A stretch of DNA of 32,393 bases from Candidatus Izemoplasmatales bacterium (GTDB lineage: Bacteria; Bacillota_I; Bacilli_A; Izemoplasmatales; Hujiaoplasmataceae), in NCBI GenBank assembly GCA_050177605.1, contig JBFXGX010000001.1, positions 46,566-78,958 of the forward strand. The letters run 5' to 3'. Below are positions 1 to 8,808 of this stretch, piece by piece; the stretch's first letter is position 1; every line of letters starts with the position of its first letter. The notes below the pieces were generated by a model that was not told the DNA's origin, ran no database searches, and saw nothing but the letters and a program-made list of their open reading frames with translations. The translations under genes and the position numbers were made by a program.

Positions 1-746
1 GAGGCTTTATCAAGTTTGATTTTCCACCATTTTTTATTCGCGCGTAAAAGAGATTTAAATCCTTCTGATCTTTTTGTATTAAGTCCTGTATGATTGATCT
101 TTTCTTGACCAACATACACATACTGATTCACCGTATAGACTTTCCCAGCTTCTACACTTAAATGATAGTGAAAATTAAGTCCATTATTGATTACTGCTGC
201 TGGTTTATCTTTGAAACTAGTATCGACCATTTTTTCTATATAATTAAATTGATGAGGATCATAAAACGATAGAATCGATTCATCACCAAATACAGAAGCA
301 TTATCACTTAGTTCAAAAGGTAAGGTATCAATGCCGGTGTGTAAATCAAGAGTACATGAATTTGTACTTGAAAAAGAAAAGCTACTATAGATAAAATGAG
401 GATCTTCTTGGTCTACAAAGCGAATGGATTCTACCTCGATGATGGTCGTAGGTAATTGAAAACTAGTTTTTCTACGCAATACACCGGATTGCAAATCCAA
501 ATCTTGTTCATGCTTGAAAGGATTAAATTTTTCAGGAGTGATAACTTTATCATAGATACTTAATGTCGTAAAGAGCGGGTCTGGGAAAAAATGTGGCGTT
601 TTCTCACCGATAAATTCCCCCTTAGTACATAATGATACTTCATCCATACATCCAAGATAAGAAAGAAATCCATTGGCAATGGTGTATCTTTTCGACATTT
701 TTTCTTGTTCTTTTTTGATATATCCTGTATGCCTTAGTTGATTCAT
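1..746 (-). CDS. Glycoside hydrolase family 65-like protein (maltose/kojibiose/trehalose phosphorylase type), N-terminal part; runs off the window edge
   Basis: Not in the ORF track. Manual translation from ATG at 746 (RBS AGGGGG upstream) gives MNQLRHTGYIKKEQEKMSKRYTIANGFLSYLGCMDE...HEQDLDLQSGVLRRKTSF...VESIRFVDQEDPH...LLRANKKWWKIKLDKA, in frame at both ends. The motifs resemble the GH65 N-terminal domain (xNGYLGxRG, LDLxxGxLxR, RFVS). Confidence 0.7.
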   Translation of the reverse strand, partial: MNQLRHTGYIKKEQEKMSKRYTIANGFLSYLGCMDEVSLCTKGEFIGEKTPHFFPDPLFTTLSIYDKVITPEKFNPFKHEQDLDLQSGVLRRKTSFQLPTTIIEVESIRFVDQEDPHFIYSSFSFSSTNSCTLDLHTGIDTLPFELSDNASVFGDESILSFYDPHQFNYIEKMVDTSFKDKPAAVINNGLNFHYHLSVEAGKVYTVNQYVYVGQEKINHTGLNTKRSEGFKSLLRANKKWWKIKLDKA

Positions 747-779
747 ACTTTGCCCCCTATCAAGCGACTTCTATAGTTT

Positions 780-788
780 ATTATATCA
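780..788 (-). promoter_or_regulatory. Extended -10 (TGATATAAT) for the GH65-like gene
   Basis: TGnTATAAT on the minus strand about 34 nt upstream of the ATG at 746; no clear -35. Confidence 0.5.
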
Positions 789-927
789 TAGAAAAACGAT
801 ATAATCTCGCCTTTTACAAAAGCATGTTTTATTTTTTTTATTATTAATAAAAGCAGTGTATTCTCTACCCTAAAAAATGAACTCTTGCAGAAACCATCCG
901 ATGAAAAAAAATAATTGATTATGAATA

Positions 928-956
928 TTGCTTTTTTCGGATAAATTTGATACAAT
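928..956 (+). promoter_or_regulatory. Sigma-A promoter of rpsT
   Basis: TTGCTT (928-933), 17 bp spacer, TACAAT (951-956) with a TG extension; RBS GGAGGTG follows. Confidence 0.7.
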
Positions 957-986
957 AATAACGCTAATGTCGATGGAGGTGAGAAT

Positions 987-1250
987 ATGGCAAACATTAA
1001 GTCACAAATCAAACGTGTAATTACCAATGAAAAAAGTCGTGCAGCAAATGCGTCATTTAAATCATCTTTAAAAACAGCAGTGAAAGATGTTGAAGTTGCA
1101 GTAGCTAAACAAGAAAAAGCAGTTGCAGTAGAAGCATTAAATTTAGCATACAAAAAATTAGATAAAGCTGTCTCCAAAGGTGTTTTTCATAAAAACTTTG
1201 CATCTAGACAAAAATCTCGTTTAACAAAGTTAGTAAACACATTAGAATAA
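987..1250 (+). CDS. rpsT: 30S ribosomal protein S20
   Basis: MANIKSQIKR...DKAVSKGVFHKNFASRQKSRL is the S20 signature; conserved convergent position next to holA. Confidence 0.98.
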   Translation: MANIKSQIKRVITNEKSRAANASFKSSLKTAVKDVEVAVAKQEKAVAVEALNLAYKKLDKAVSKGVFHKNFASRQKSRLTKLVNTLE

Positions 1251-1252
1251 TA

Positions 1253-1283
1253 AAGAAAAAAAGCCGAAAGGCTTTTTTTTCTT
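1253..1283. terminator. Bidirectional intrinsic terminator between rpsT and holA
   Basis: AAAAAAAGCC-GAAA-GGCTTTTTTT hairpin with A/T tracts on both sides, between convergent stop codons. Confidence 0.9.
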
Positions 1284-2247
1284 ATCCAAATATCTTATAT
1301 AGGAACATTTCAAGACCGATAAACTTATCAATCTTCCCACTTTTGATTTCATAATCTAGCTTTTCTAGTTTAGAAATGTATTCAAACAATTCTTGGCTAT
1401 CCGTTTCTCTTGCATTCTTTGTCATGTAATATACACGACCTTTCGATGCTTGAAAATACTTCATGATATCTTCGAATGACTTCTTTTGATTTAACAATTC
1501 CTGTGTATATAATATTTCTTGAAATTTGGAAACAATTACACCTATCATCCAAGTAGGATCGATATTTTGAGAGGTTAAATCAAGATACGTATTCATCAAG
1601 ACCTGTTGATCTTTTGCGATGATTGCATTCACTAAATTAAATATGTTTTCTTCTAAATTACGAGTAACGACATCACGCACCATATCAATATCAATATGTT
1701 CTTTTCCTTTTGAAAACAAGATTAATTTATCAAGCTCATTCATCATCGTATTACGGTCATAGCTTGTTCTTGAAAGAAACTGTTGTAGTGCATTAGCATC
1801 AATCGATAATCCTTCATTAGAAAGGATTTTTTTTATTTTTGAATAGAGATCTTCATTTTCATCTTTTTGACAGTTAATGAGTTCTGCAGTGTCATTTAAT
1901 ACTTTGACGACTGCCTTTCGTTTATCAAGAATATTTTCTGAAGTAGTCAGAAATAAAACGGTGGTAGGATTCGGATGTTCAACATAAGATATGAGCTTTG
2001 CTATATCTGTATCACTGACCACTTTACCGCTACCTAAAAAACCGAGATTATTTAAGATAACCGCCTTGTTATCTGTTAGAAAGGGAATCGTCATTGCACT
2101 TTGAAGTGCTTCTTCTAGTCTCGATTCCTCATAGTCATAAACCTCGATAGCTTCTGACTCAATTTGATGTTTATTCAGAATGTCCTTAATCTTCTCCTTG
2201 ATGCAATAGTCATCTGCACCATAGAGCAAATAGATGTTTCCTGCCAC
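1282..2247 (-). CDS. holA: DNA polymerase III delta subunit
   Basis: N-terminal IYLLYGxDDY, TIPFL, LDKRK, NELDKL and C-terminal DYEIKSG...LEMFL motifs. Start reassigned to GTG at 2247 behind RBS GAGGTG (track start 2295). comEC-holA-rpsT synteny. Confidence 0.92.
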   Translation of the reverse strand: MAGNIYLLYGADDYCIKEKIKDILNKHQIESEAIEVYDYEESRLEEALQSAMTIPFLTDNKAVILNNLGFLGSGKVVSDTDIAKLISYVEHPNPTTVLFLTTSENILDKRKAVVKVLNDTAELINCQKDENEDLYSKIKKILSNEGLSIDANALQQFLSRTSYDRNTMMNELDKLILFSKGKEHIDIDMVRDVVTRNLEENIFNLVNAIIAKDQQVLMNTYLDLTSQNIDPTWMIGVIVSKFQEILYTQELLNQKKSFEDIMKYFQASKGRVYYMTKNARETDSQELFEYISKLEKLDYEIKSGKIDKFIGLEMFLYKIFG

Positions 2248-2294
2248 ATTAATCACCTCTTCCATTATATCATTAATTACACGTTCTTGAACCA

Positions 2295-4436
2295 CTAAAG
2301 TAATCTTCTCTCATAAAATGGGATTTGAAAATTGTAGTGCTCAACACGTCTGATTTTCGAGTGAAAATAATAGTTGATCGTTATCGTTCCTACTTTGTCT
2401 GTTTGGAATACATTTGAAGAAATCTCAAGATAACGATGAATTACTTCATCACTGGGATGACCATACTTATTTTCGCCAACAGAAATAATCGCAATCTCGG
2501 GGTGAACTTGACTCACAAAATCAGAGGAGGAAGACGTAATGCTTCCGTGATGCGGTACTTTGATAATATCGACTGGTTTATCTGATAAATCGATACTTCT
2601 TTCAACAATTTCTTCAATGTCGCCTGCAAATAAATAATGGTCATTTTCAATAACAGAATAAAGCACAATAGAATTATTGTTTTCGTTTGATGAAGATGTA
2701 GATGCACTTAGTACTTCAAATGTCAGGGATTCTTGACATATAACACTCTCTCCTTTCGAAAGTACTTCAGCAGTTGGAAAGAGTTCGTTTTGATAAGGGA
2801 TAAATAAAACTTTTGTAGGGATTGTTTCAAGCAAATCAGCGATTTCTCCATAGTGATCTTCATGGAAATGAGTAATGAATACCATATCAAAGGCATCGAT
2901 ATTTTCTCCTAAAAAGTAGTTTTTCAAATGGTCGTAATTATCAGCAGAACCGCTATCAATCAATACTTTACATCCTCCCGATTCAACAAAAGTTGAGTCC
3001 CCTTGACCGACATCAAAAAAAACAACCCTAGAAGTTCTAATTTGTGAAGGTAAAGAGAGGAAAATAAAAAACATAAGTAGCAAAGTGACAAGGAAATTTA
3101 ATCGAATTTTCTTTCTCATTTGTTGAACAATAATTGCTAGAATGATTAGATAATAAATCATAATCATGTCCAAACTTGGAAATTCAAATTGAAGAAAGAG
3201 GGACGGATGTTCAAAAAAGGTGATTGCGCCTTCAAAAAATTGAATCAACTTAAGGTAGAATGGCTCAAATAGAGAACTCAGTAGCACAATGAAGGATAAA
3301 GGAAGAAAGAAATATACAACTAAAAAATAAAAAAAGATACCTGCCCATAAAATTGCAATGTTCAATTGATGATTCAGTGATAATAAAATCGGTAAACTAA
3401 ATAGAGTAGCAAGAAGCTGAACTTTGATTAGTTGCCCAATTCTGTTGGTGCTCTTTAGTAAAGAAGATGAAATCAAGATAACAAAACTAATTAAAAAACT
3501 TAGTTGAAAACCGATTTGATGAATCAGTAAAGGTTGATAAAGAACAAATCCTAAGTAGATAAACGTCAATAGATCCACTTTTGAAAAATTGATTTTGAAT
3601 GTTTTTCTGGAAGTCAGTAATATCGCTTGAAGACTGGCCCTAATTAGTGATAAAGTGATTCCAGTTAAAACCACATAGAAAAGTAGTACGGAAAACAAAA
3701 TGAAGTTTGTCGTAGACTCATTTCTTTTTAGATAGAACAACAAAAACCTAAGCACACTCAATAACAAGGCCACATGCATTCCTGAGAGAACAAAAAGGTG
3801 TGTGATTGATACATGATTCATACTCATTACTGTTTCTTCATCCATATCATCTTTATTTCCTAGTAAAAACATCTTTAAATACGCTGCACTGGAATGCTCA
3901 TACCGGGAATCTATCCATTCTAAGGCCTGTTGATTGATTTCATAAATGGAAAATTGATGTCCGGTGATGATTACCGTCTTTGCGTAAAGAAGTCCATGAA
4001 TACCTTCTGACAATAAATAAGTATCATAATCAAAGTTATGTTCAATATCTAGCGCTTCAAAAGAGAAAAATGTTGCCTCAATTTGAATCTTGTCTCCAGG
4101 TAATAACGAAGTATCTGAATAGAGCAAATAATTTTCTTGATTAAAACAAATCAAAGCAGCATTCCCATCATTCTTGATTACCAAGGCTTCGACTTCAATG
4201 CTTCCACTTTCAGTCAAAACGTCATTCCTAAATAGTCCGATGAAAATGAGGACACCAATCAAAGTGATGAGTATAAAAAATAAATTTTTTGAATTTTTAT
4301 ATAAATAAATACATAGTACAATAAAAAGAAGCATGACAACCATGCTTCCTTTCATTGATAGAAACAAAGTAACACCGATACCGATAAAGATAAAATGGCT
4401 AGCCTCAGACTGTAATATCGTCTTTAATTTGTCCAT
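2295..4436 (-). CDS. comEC: DNA internalization competence protein ComEC/Rec2
   Basis: Competence-domain motif HLFVLSGMHV, GFQLSF and many TM segments. C-terminal metallo-beta-lactamase domain (DVGQGD, THFHEDH, NNNS, KVPHHGS, YGHP). Confidence 0.95.
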   Translation of the reverse strand: MDKLKTILQSEASHFIFIGIGVTLFLSMKGSMVVMLLFIVLCIYLYKNSKNLFFILITLIGVLIFIGLFRNDVLTESGSIEVEALVIKNDGNAALICFNQENYLLYSDTSLLPGDKIQIEATFFSFEALDIEHNFDYDTYLLSEGIHGLLYAKTVIITGHQFSIYEINQQALEWIDSRYEHSSAAYLKMFLLGNKDDMDEETVMSMNHVSITHLFVLSGMHVALLLSVLRFLLFYLKRNESTTNFILFSVLLFYVVLTGITLSLIRASLQAILLTSRKTFKINFSKVDLLTFIYLGFVLYQPLLIHQIGFQLSFLISFVILISSSLLKSTNRIGQLIKVQLLATLFSLPILLSLNHQLNIAILWAGIFFYFLVVYFFLPLSFIVLLSSLFEPFYLKLIQFFEGAITFFEHPSLFLQFEFPSLDMIMIYYLIILAIIVQQMRKKIRLNFLVTLLLMFFIFLSLPSQIRTSRVVFFDVGQGDSTFVESGGCKVLIDSGSADNYDHLKNYFLGENIDAFDMVFITHFHEDHYGEIADLLETIPTKVLFIPYQNELFPTAEVLSKGESVICQESLTFEVLSASTSSSNENNNSIVLYSVIENDHYLFAGDIEEIVERSIDLSDKPVDIIKVPHHGSITSSSSDFVSQVHPEIAIISVGENKYGHPSDEVIHRYLEISSNVFQTDKVGTITINYYFHSKIRRVEHYNFQIPFYERRLL

Positions 4437-5376
4437 AAATACTTTCTTTTATCCCTGAAACATTCATCACATCTTCTATCGAATCAAAAAATCCATTTTC
4501 GGCACGATAGTCAATAATTCTTTGTCCTAAGATAATCCCGATTCCATTCAGTGTCATTAGTTCATCAAGCGACGCTGTGTTAAGATTGACCAATAAACTC
4601 TCTTCAGTCTCTTGTAAACTTGAAGAAACAAATGGAATCGTAAAAGTGATTGATGATGTCATTTCTTGATTCCATAGTAATCCAGTAATATCTGCATCAT
4701 CAAGAATTCCGCCTGCCATCATCACTACGGATGATAAAAGAGACCCCGACTTTACTTGATAACTTCCTGGATATAGAACAGCACCTTCGAGGGTTACTGT
4801 GATGTAATTTTCGGAAGTCCCTTCAGAAACCATCGGAATATAAATAACCATTTCATCGACAATCTTTTGACTTTGATTAATTCCTGAAAGATCTGCACTT
4901 TCAAGCAACCCACCAGCAAGCTCAATTACATCAACAATTCTGCTTCCCTCACCCACTTCAAATACCCCAGGGTTCATAATAGCCCCTTTGATTTCAACGA
5001 AAAAATAATGTGAAGTTGAAATGCCAGTGACTTCTGTTTGGAAAGGAATATAAATGACCATTTGATCATACAGTGTTTTTGATAGATTAATGTCTTTCGT
5101 GTTCGCTTCTTCCAAGAGTCCCCCTGCGAGCATCACGACATCCGCAATTCTCATATTGGAGGAACAGTAATATACCCCCGGATAGACAACAGCACCTTTG
5201 ATATCTACATACATGCTATCAGCTGTGGTGACCACTGTTTCTTCATAATTTGAAGCACTAGATACAACGACTACCTCTTCTGCTGTAGAAGTCGTCGTTG
5301 ATTCTATTAAAAAAATGCCAATAATCCCAATTATTACAAATAAAAAACCGCCATATTTTTGTATGAATGATTTCAT
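4405..5376 (-). CDS. comEA: ComEA-family DNA receptor: N-terminal TM anchor, three SLBB domains, C-terminal HhH
   Basis: TM helix at aa ~9-24; three repeats of VxIxGAVxxPGxY...AGG; C-terminal VNLNTASLDELMTLNGIG...IIDYR..NGFF..IEDVMNVSGI. Directly upstream of comEC with a 32 bp overlap. Confidence 0.93.
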   Translation of the reverse strand: MKSFIQKYGGFLFVIIGIIGIFLIESTTTSTAEEVVVVSSASNYEETVVTTADSMYVDIKGAVVYPGVYYCSSNMRIADVVMLAGGLLEEANTKDINLSKTLYDQMVIYIPFQTEVTGISTSHYFFVEIKGAIMNPGVFEVGEGSRIVDVIELAGGLLESADLSGINQSQKIVDEMVIYIPMVSEGTSENYITVTLEGAVLYPGSYQVKSGSLLSSVVMMAGGILDDADITGLLWNQEMTSSITFTIPFVSSSLQETEESLLVNLNTASLDELMTLNGIGIILGQRIIDYRAENGFFDSIEDVMNVSGIKESIYGQIKDDITV

Positions 5377-5412
5377 TCTATCACCTCAAAAAATATTACG
5401 CGGTTATTCAAA

Positions 5413-6096
5413 TTATTCTTTTTCTATTTTTTGAACTACGAAAATCGTTCTTTCAGGAAAAATAACTCTTTCCAAAACAACAAATCCTACTTTTTTAATC
5501 AAATCTTCATACATAGAAACATCATGCGTTTCTTCGAAAATTTCAATTGTTTCCTTTTCACCTTCGAGATCTAAAAGAATCGTATGGACAATACTATGTT
5601 CTTTTTCTCCCTTATGAGATTCCCAGTGAAAATGGAACTCTTCATCATCTTCAATGTATCCATCGAGGGCGTCAATATATTCGGCACTAAGGACATCAAA
5701 TAAAAATACACCATTATCATTTAATGCTTCATAGATATTCGTAAAGCCAAAATTAACGTCTTCTAAATCAGATAGATGGTTAATCACATCCATCGATGCA
5801 ACAATGAGGTCATAACTAGCTGGAATTGGATCGAGCATATCATATAAAGCGATTTCAATATCCAGTTCCTCTTGTTCAGCGCGATAATTTAGAATTTGTA
5901 ACATTTCATCGCTTAGATCAGTCGCAGTGACATGAAATCCTCTTCTTGCAAGTTCCATGGATAAAGTACCTGTACCACAACCAATATCAAGTAAGCTTCC
6001 AAGGGATGAGTATTTATCAATTAGCCGTAAATATTCTTCATAAACATCAGGATCGATAAATGAATCATAAAAAGTCGCTAATAAGTCATAACTCAC
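5413..6096 (-). CDS. Class I SAM-dependent methyltransferase (YqeM-like)
   Basis: LLDIGCGTG motif I and DLSDEML; downstream of rsfS as in Bacilli; GTG start overlaps the rsfS TGA. Confidence 0.88.
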   Translation of the reverse strand: MSYDLLATFYDSFIDPDVYEEYLRLIDKYSSLGSLLDIGCGTGTLSMELARRGFHVTATDLSDEMLQILNYRAEQEELDIEIALYDMLDPIPASYDLIVASMDVINHLSDLEDVNFGFTNIYEALNDNGVFLFDVLSAEYIDALDGYIEDDEEFHFHWESHKGEKEHSIVHTILLDLEGEKETIEIFEETHDVSMYEDLIKKVGFVVLERVIFPERTIFVVQKIEKE

Positions 6097-6434
6097 TCAA
6101 GTTCACCTTCAAAAGAGATCTTTTCTCTTTCGATGAAGAGTTTCTCAATCTGATAGTAATTTCTTGTTTCTTGATGCATCACATGGACAATAATATCTCC
6201 TAAGTCAAACAACAACCAACGATCCTCTTGTTTTCCTTCCACAAGACATGGAACATCTGCAGGAAGGGCGTCTTTAATATGATGTATGGACGAGTGAACT
6301 TGTCTTTCATTTTTTGCACTAGCCACGATTTGATAGTCATAAAATGGAGAAGCTTCTCTAAAATCATAAATGACGATATCTTGTAGACGTGCATCATCGA
6401 GAGCTTTTACCACGGTTTTTAAAAGTTGGGTCAC
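6093..6434 (-). CDS. rsfS: Ribosome silencing factor
   Basis: WLLFDLGDIIVHVM...RNYYQIEKL signature. Confidence 0.95.
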   Translation of the reverse strand: MTQLLKTVVKALDDARLQDIVIYDFREASPFYDYQIVASAKNERQVHSSIHHIKDALPADVPCLVEGKQEDRWLLFDLGDIIVHVMHQETRNYYQIEKLFIEREKISFEGELE

Positions 6435-7003
6435 TTCATTTCCTCCACTATTTTTTGATAATATAGAAGCGCTTCAGTCGTTAATTCCATCACAAGATGA
6501 TGTTTTTCAAGGTGTCGTAAAACTTCACTTTGAATAATCATATACATTGCTTTGTCAAGTGATACAAGTGCTTCTTTTAAGATAGATGAGGAATCAAAAG
6601 GACGTGTTTCCTCACAGTAATCACTAATATAAATGATTTGTTCTAATTTAGACATTTCTTTTCTTCCAGTCGTGTGATACTTAATTGCATTAAAGATATC
6701 ATCATCATTCACGCCTAGTTTTTTTATGTAATATGCACCAGATAGAGCATGAAGTGCAAATTTTCCCCATGAAGAAATATCTTCACTCGGGTTCATCGAT
6801 TCAATCAAAAGGATAGCTTCTTCCTCTGTCCAATATTTGGTTAAATCGTGTGCATAACTAGCATAAATTGCCTTTTCTTCCTCAACATGATAGATATGAG
6901 CTAAAACTTGAGCAAGTTTTGCGACGCTATAGGTATGAATCCTACGACTGGGATGATGAACAAAAGCGGTGTCGACGATTTCTTTTAACGCTGAAATATT
7001 CAT
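6431..7003 (-). CDS. yqeK: HD-domain Ap4A hydrolase YqeK
   Basis: RxxHTxSV, HDLTK, LHA, AIKYHTTG, IYISDYCEETR motifs; synteny. Confidence 0.92.
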   Translation of the reverse strand: MNISALKEIVDTAFVHHPSRRIHTYSVAKLAQVLAHIYHVEEEKAIYASYAHDLTKYWTEEEAILLIESMNPSEDISSWGKFALHALSGAYYIKKLGVNDDDIFNAIKYHTTGRKEMSKLEQIIYISDYCEETRPFDSSSILKEALVSLDKAMYMIIQSEVLRHLEKHHLVMELTTEALLYYQKIVEEMK

Positions 7004-7004
7004 C

Positions 7005-8120
7005 TTAGATAATCGCCGGTCTTACATAAACACCAACGACAAATGGGGCATAAGCTTTCACATAGAATGGTGCACGAATTGTTAAGAATCCTAGACCAGA
7101 AAAGACGATATCATATTTCGCGTTATCGCGGATTCTAAAATCGTGATAGACCCATTTTGGAACAGCTTCTTCCTCATTAAATGGTGGTGTAAGAAGTGTG
7201 TATAGCTTTGTGTCATAAAGTTCATCTGCGCGAAGCGTTTTCGTGCGGTGAATATTGAGTGTATTTGCGAAATAAGTAACGATATTCACTTTGTCTCCAG
7301 TTTCACCATTGATTACATCTAATCGTGCAAGTCCACCAAAGAACAAAGTTTGTCCTTCATTCAGTTGAAAAACTAAAGGTTTGATTTCTTTCTTTGGTAC
7401 TGTCATTTTATAACTAGGTCTGGTTAAGTAATAAGTGTATTGATGTTTGTTAATGACACCTGGCGTATCATAAATCATCGTTCCGTCTAGCAGAGGAAAT
7501 CCGATAATTCCAATCGTAGTCCCTGGTTCTGACGATACTGTAACAACATCGGTTGGCATTCCTAAATATCTTTTTAATATTTGATTGACAATACGAGACT
7601 TCCCTACATTCGTTGATCCAACGATGTAAACATTTCGGTTCTTTTTATGTTTCATGATTAGATTCATAAGTTCATCGAAGTTATCTCCGTATTTCGCGGA
7701 AATGAGTATCGAATCAAGAACAGAGAAACCTTCATTCGCAAGCATCATCTTTAACCAATGAATAATACGCTCTTCCTTGACATTTTTTGGTAATAAATCC
7801 ATTTTATTACCAACAAGGATTACATCTTCATTCCCAGTTAATCTTTTAATTGCTGGAACGAAGGAACCACTAAAATCAAAAATATCGACGATTTTAACAA
7901 TCAATGCGTCTTCTTTAGCGATTTTGTTAATGATATTAATGTAGTCATCATTGGTAAGAGAATAGGTAATGATGTCACTATAATGACGCATCTTAAAACA
8001 ACGTTGACAAAGAACGCTTCTTGTTTCTGAAGTTGCCATTACTTTTTCAGACATATATCCAGGTAAAGTTTTATCTTCGTGTTGGATTAATGCACCGCAT
8101 CCTTTACAATATTGTTCCAT
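7005..8120 (-). CDS. yqeH: Ribosome biogenesis GTPase YqeH
   Basis: Zn finger CxGC...CQRCF; circularly permuted GTPase motifs NKMD, SAK, GSTNVGKS, PGTT, DTPG. Confidence 0.97.
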   Translation of the reverse strand: MEQYCKGCGALIQHEDKTLPGYMSEKVMATSETRSVLCQRCFKMRHYSDIITYSLTNDDYINIINKIAKEDALIVKIVDIFDFSGSFVPAIKRLTGNEDVILVGNKMDLLPKNVKEERIIHWLKMMLANEGFSVLDSILISAKYGDNFDELMNLIMKHKKNRNVYIVGSTNVGKSRIVNQILKRYLGMPTDVVTVSSEPGTTIGIIGFPLLDGTMIYDTPGVINKHQYTYYLTRPSYKMTVPKKEIKPLVFQLNEGQTLFFGGLARLDVINGETGDKVNIVTYFANTLNIHRTKTLRADELYDTKLYTLLTPPFNEEEAVPKWVYHDFRIRDNAKYDIVFSGLGFLTIRAPFYVKAYAPFVVGVYVRPAII

Positions 8121-8124
8121 GAAA

Positions 8125-8685
8125 TTACCTCTTTTCGCTTAAGTGTAATTTATTATAGATCTCAGGCTGATGTTTTTTAATCCTGTGGATCATTCTTTTC
8201 TCTAATTTTCGGTTCAGTTTTGTGTACCATTTTTCAACTTTTCGTTTAATTGCATTGACAACGATGACATCAAATCCAAGACGCTTTCCGCCTAAGCAAT
8301 CCGTCATAAATTGATCCCCAATCACACATACTTCATGTGCTTTATAATTCCCTACAAGAGACATCGCTCTTAAAAATCCCTTTTTTAATGGTTTTCTAGC
8401 ACTGCAGATAAACATCGAACCAACCTCTTTTGCAAAAGGTTCAACACGTTCTAAATGATTATTGGATACAATCACAACTTCAAATCCGATTTGTTTAAAT
8501 AAATGAAATAATTTTTTTATCTCATCATTTGGCATCGATTCATCATAAGGAATTAAGGTGTTATCAAGATCAATTAAAATCACTCGAATTCCTTTGTCCC
8601 AAATTTTTTGATAATCAATATCATAGACAGTCTTTTGAAAATCATCCGGAATATAATAGGTTTCTTTTAATAAAAAATCAATCAT
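8125..8685 (-). CDS. yqeG: YqeG-family HAD IIIA phosphatase
   Basis: DLDNTL, VSNN, ARKP, IGDQFMTD motifs. Start reassigned to ATG 8685 behind RBS GGAGGGG. Confidence 0.93.
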   Translation of the reverse strand: MIDFLLKETYYIPDDFQKTVYDIDYQKIWDKGIRVILIDLDNTLIPYDESMPNDEIKKLFHLFKQIGFEVVIVSNNHLERVEPFAKEVGSMFICSARKPLKKGFLRAMSLVGNYKAHEVCVIGDQFMTDCLGGKRLGFDVIVVNAIKRKVEKWYTKLNRKLEKRMIHRIKKHQPEIYNKLHLSEKR

Positions 8686-8709
8686 TTTACCCCTCCGAAC
8701 ATAACTATT

Positions 8710-8738
8710 ATTATATCTAAAAAACGAAAAAAAGTCCA
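8710..8738 (-). promoter_or_regulatory. Sigma-A promoter of the yqeG operon
   Basis: TGGACT (8738-8733), 17 bp spacer, TATAAT (8715-8710). Confidence 0.6.
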
Positions 8739-8808
8739 ATTTTTTATTTGGAAAACGGCGTAACATCTACATTTCATCAAATGACAATTGTTATACCATT
8801 GGACTTCT

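Noticed and set aside
806..925. Possible small RNA between the GH65-like gene and rpsT
   Set aside because: No convincing stem, terminator or known RNA motif was visible by eye.
743..1177. 144 aa minus-strand ORF
   Set aside because: Antisense shadow of rpsT running through its promoter region; no recognisable motif.
8750..8778. Short matches (ATGAAATGTAG, CCGTTTTCC) between this intergenic region (minus strand) and the Trp T-box leader
   Set aside because: The spacing differs greatly and there is no T-box core or specifier; probably chance.
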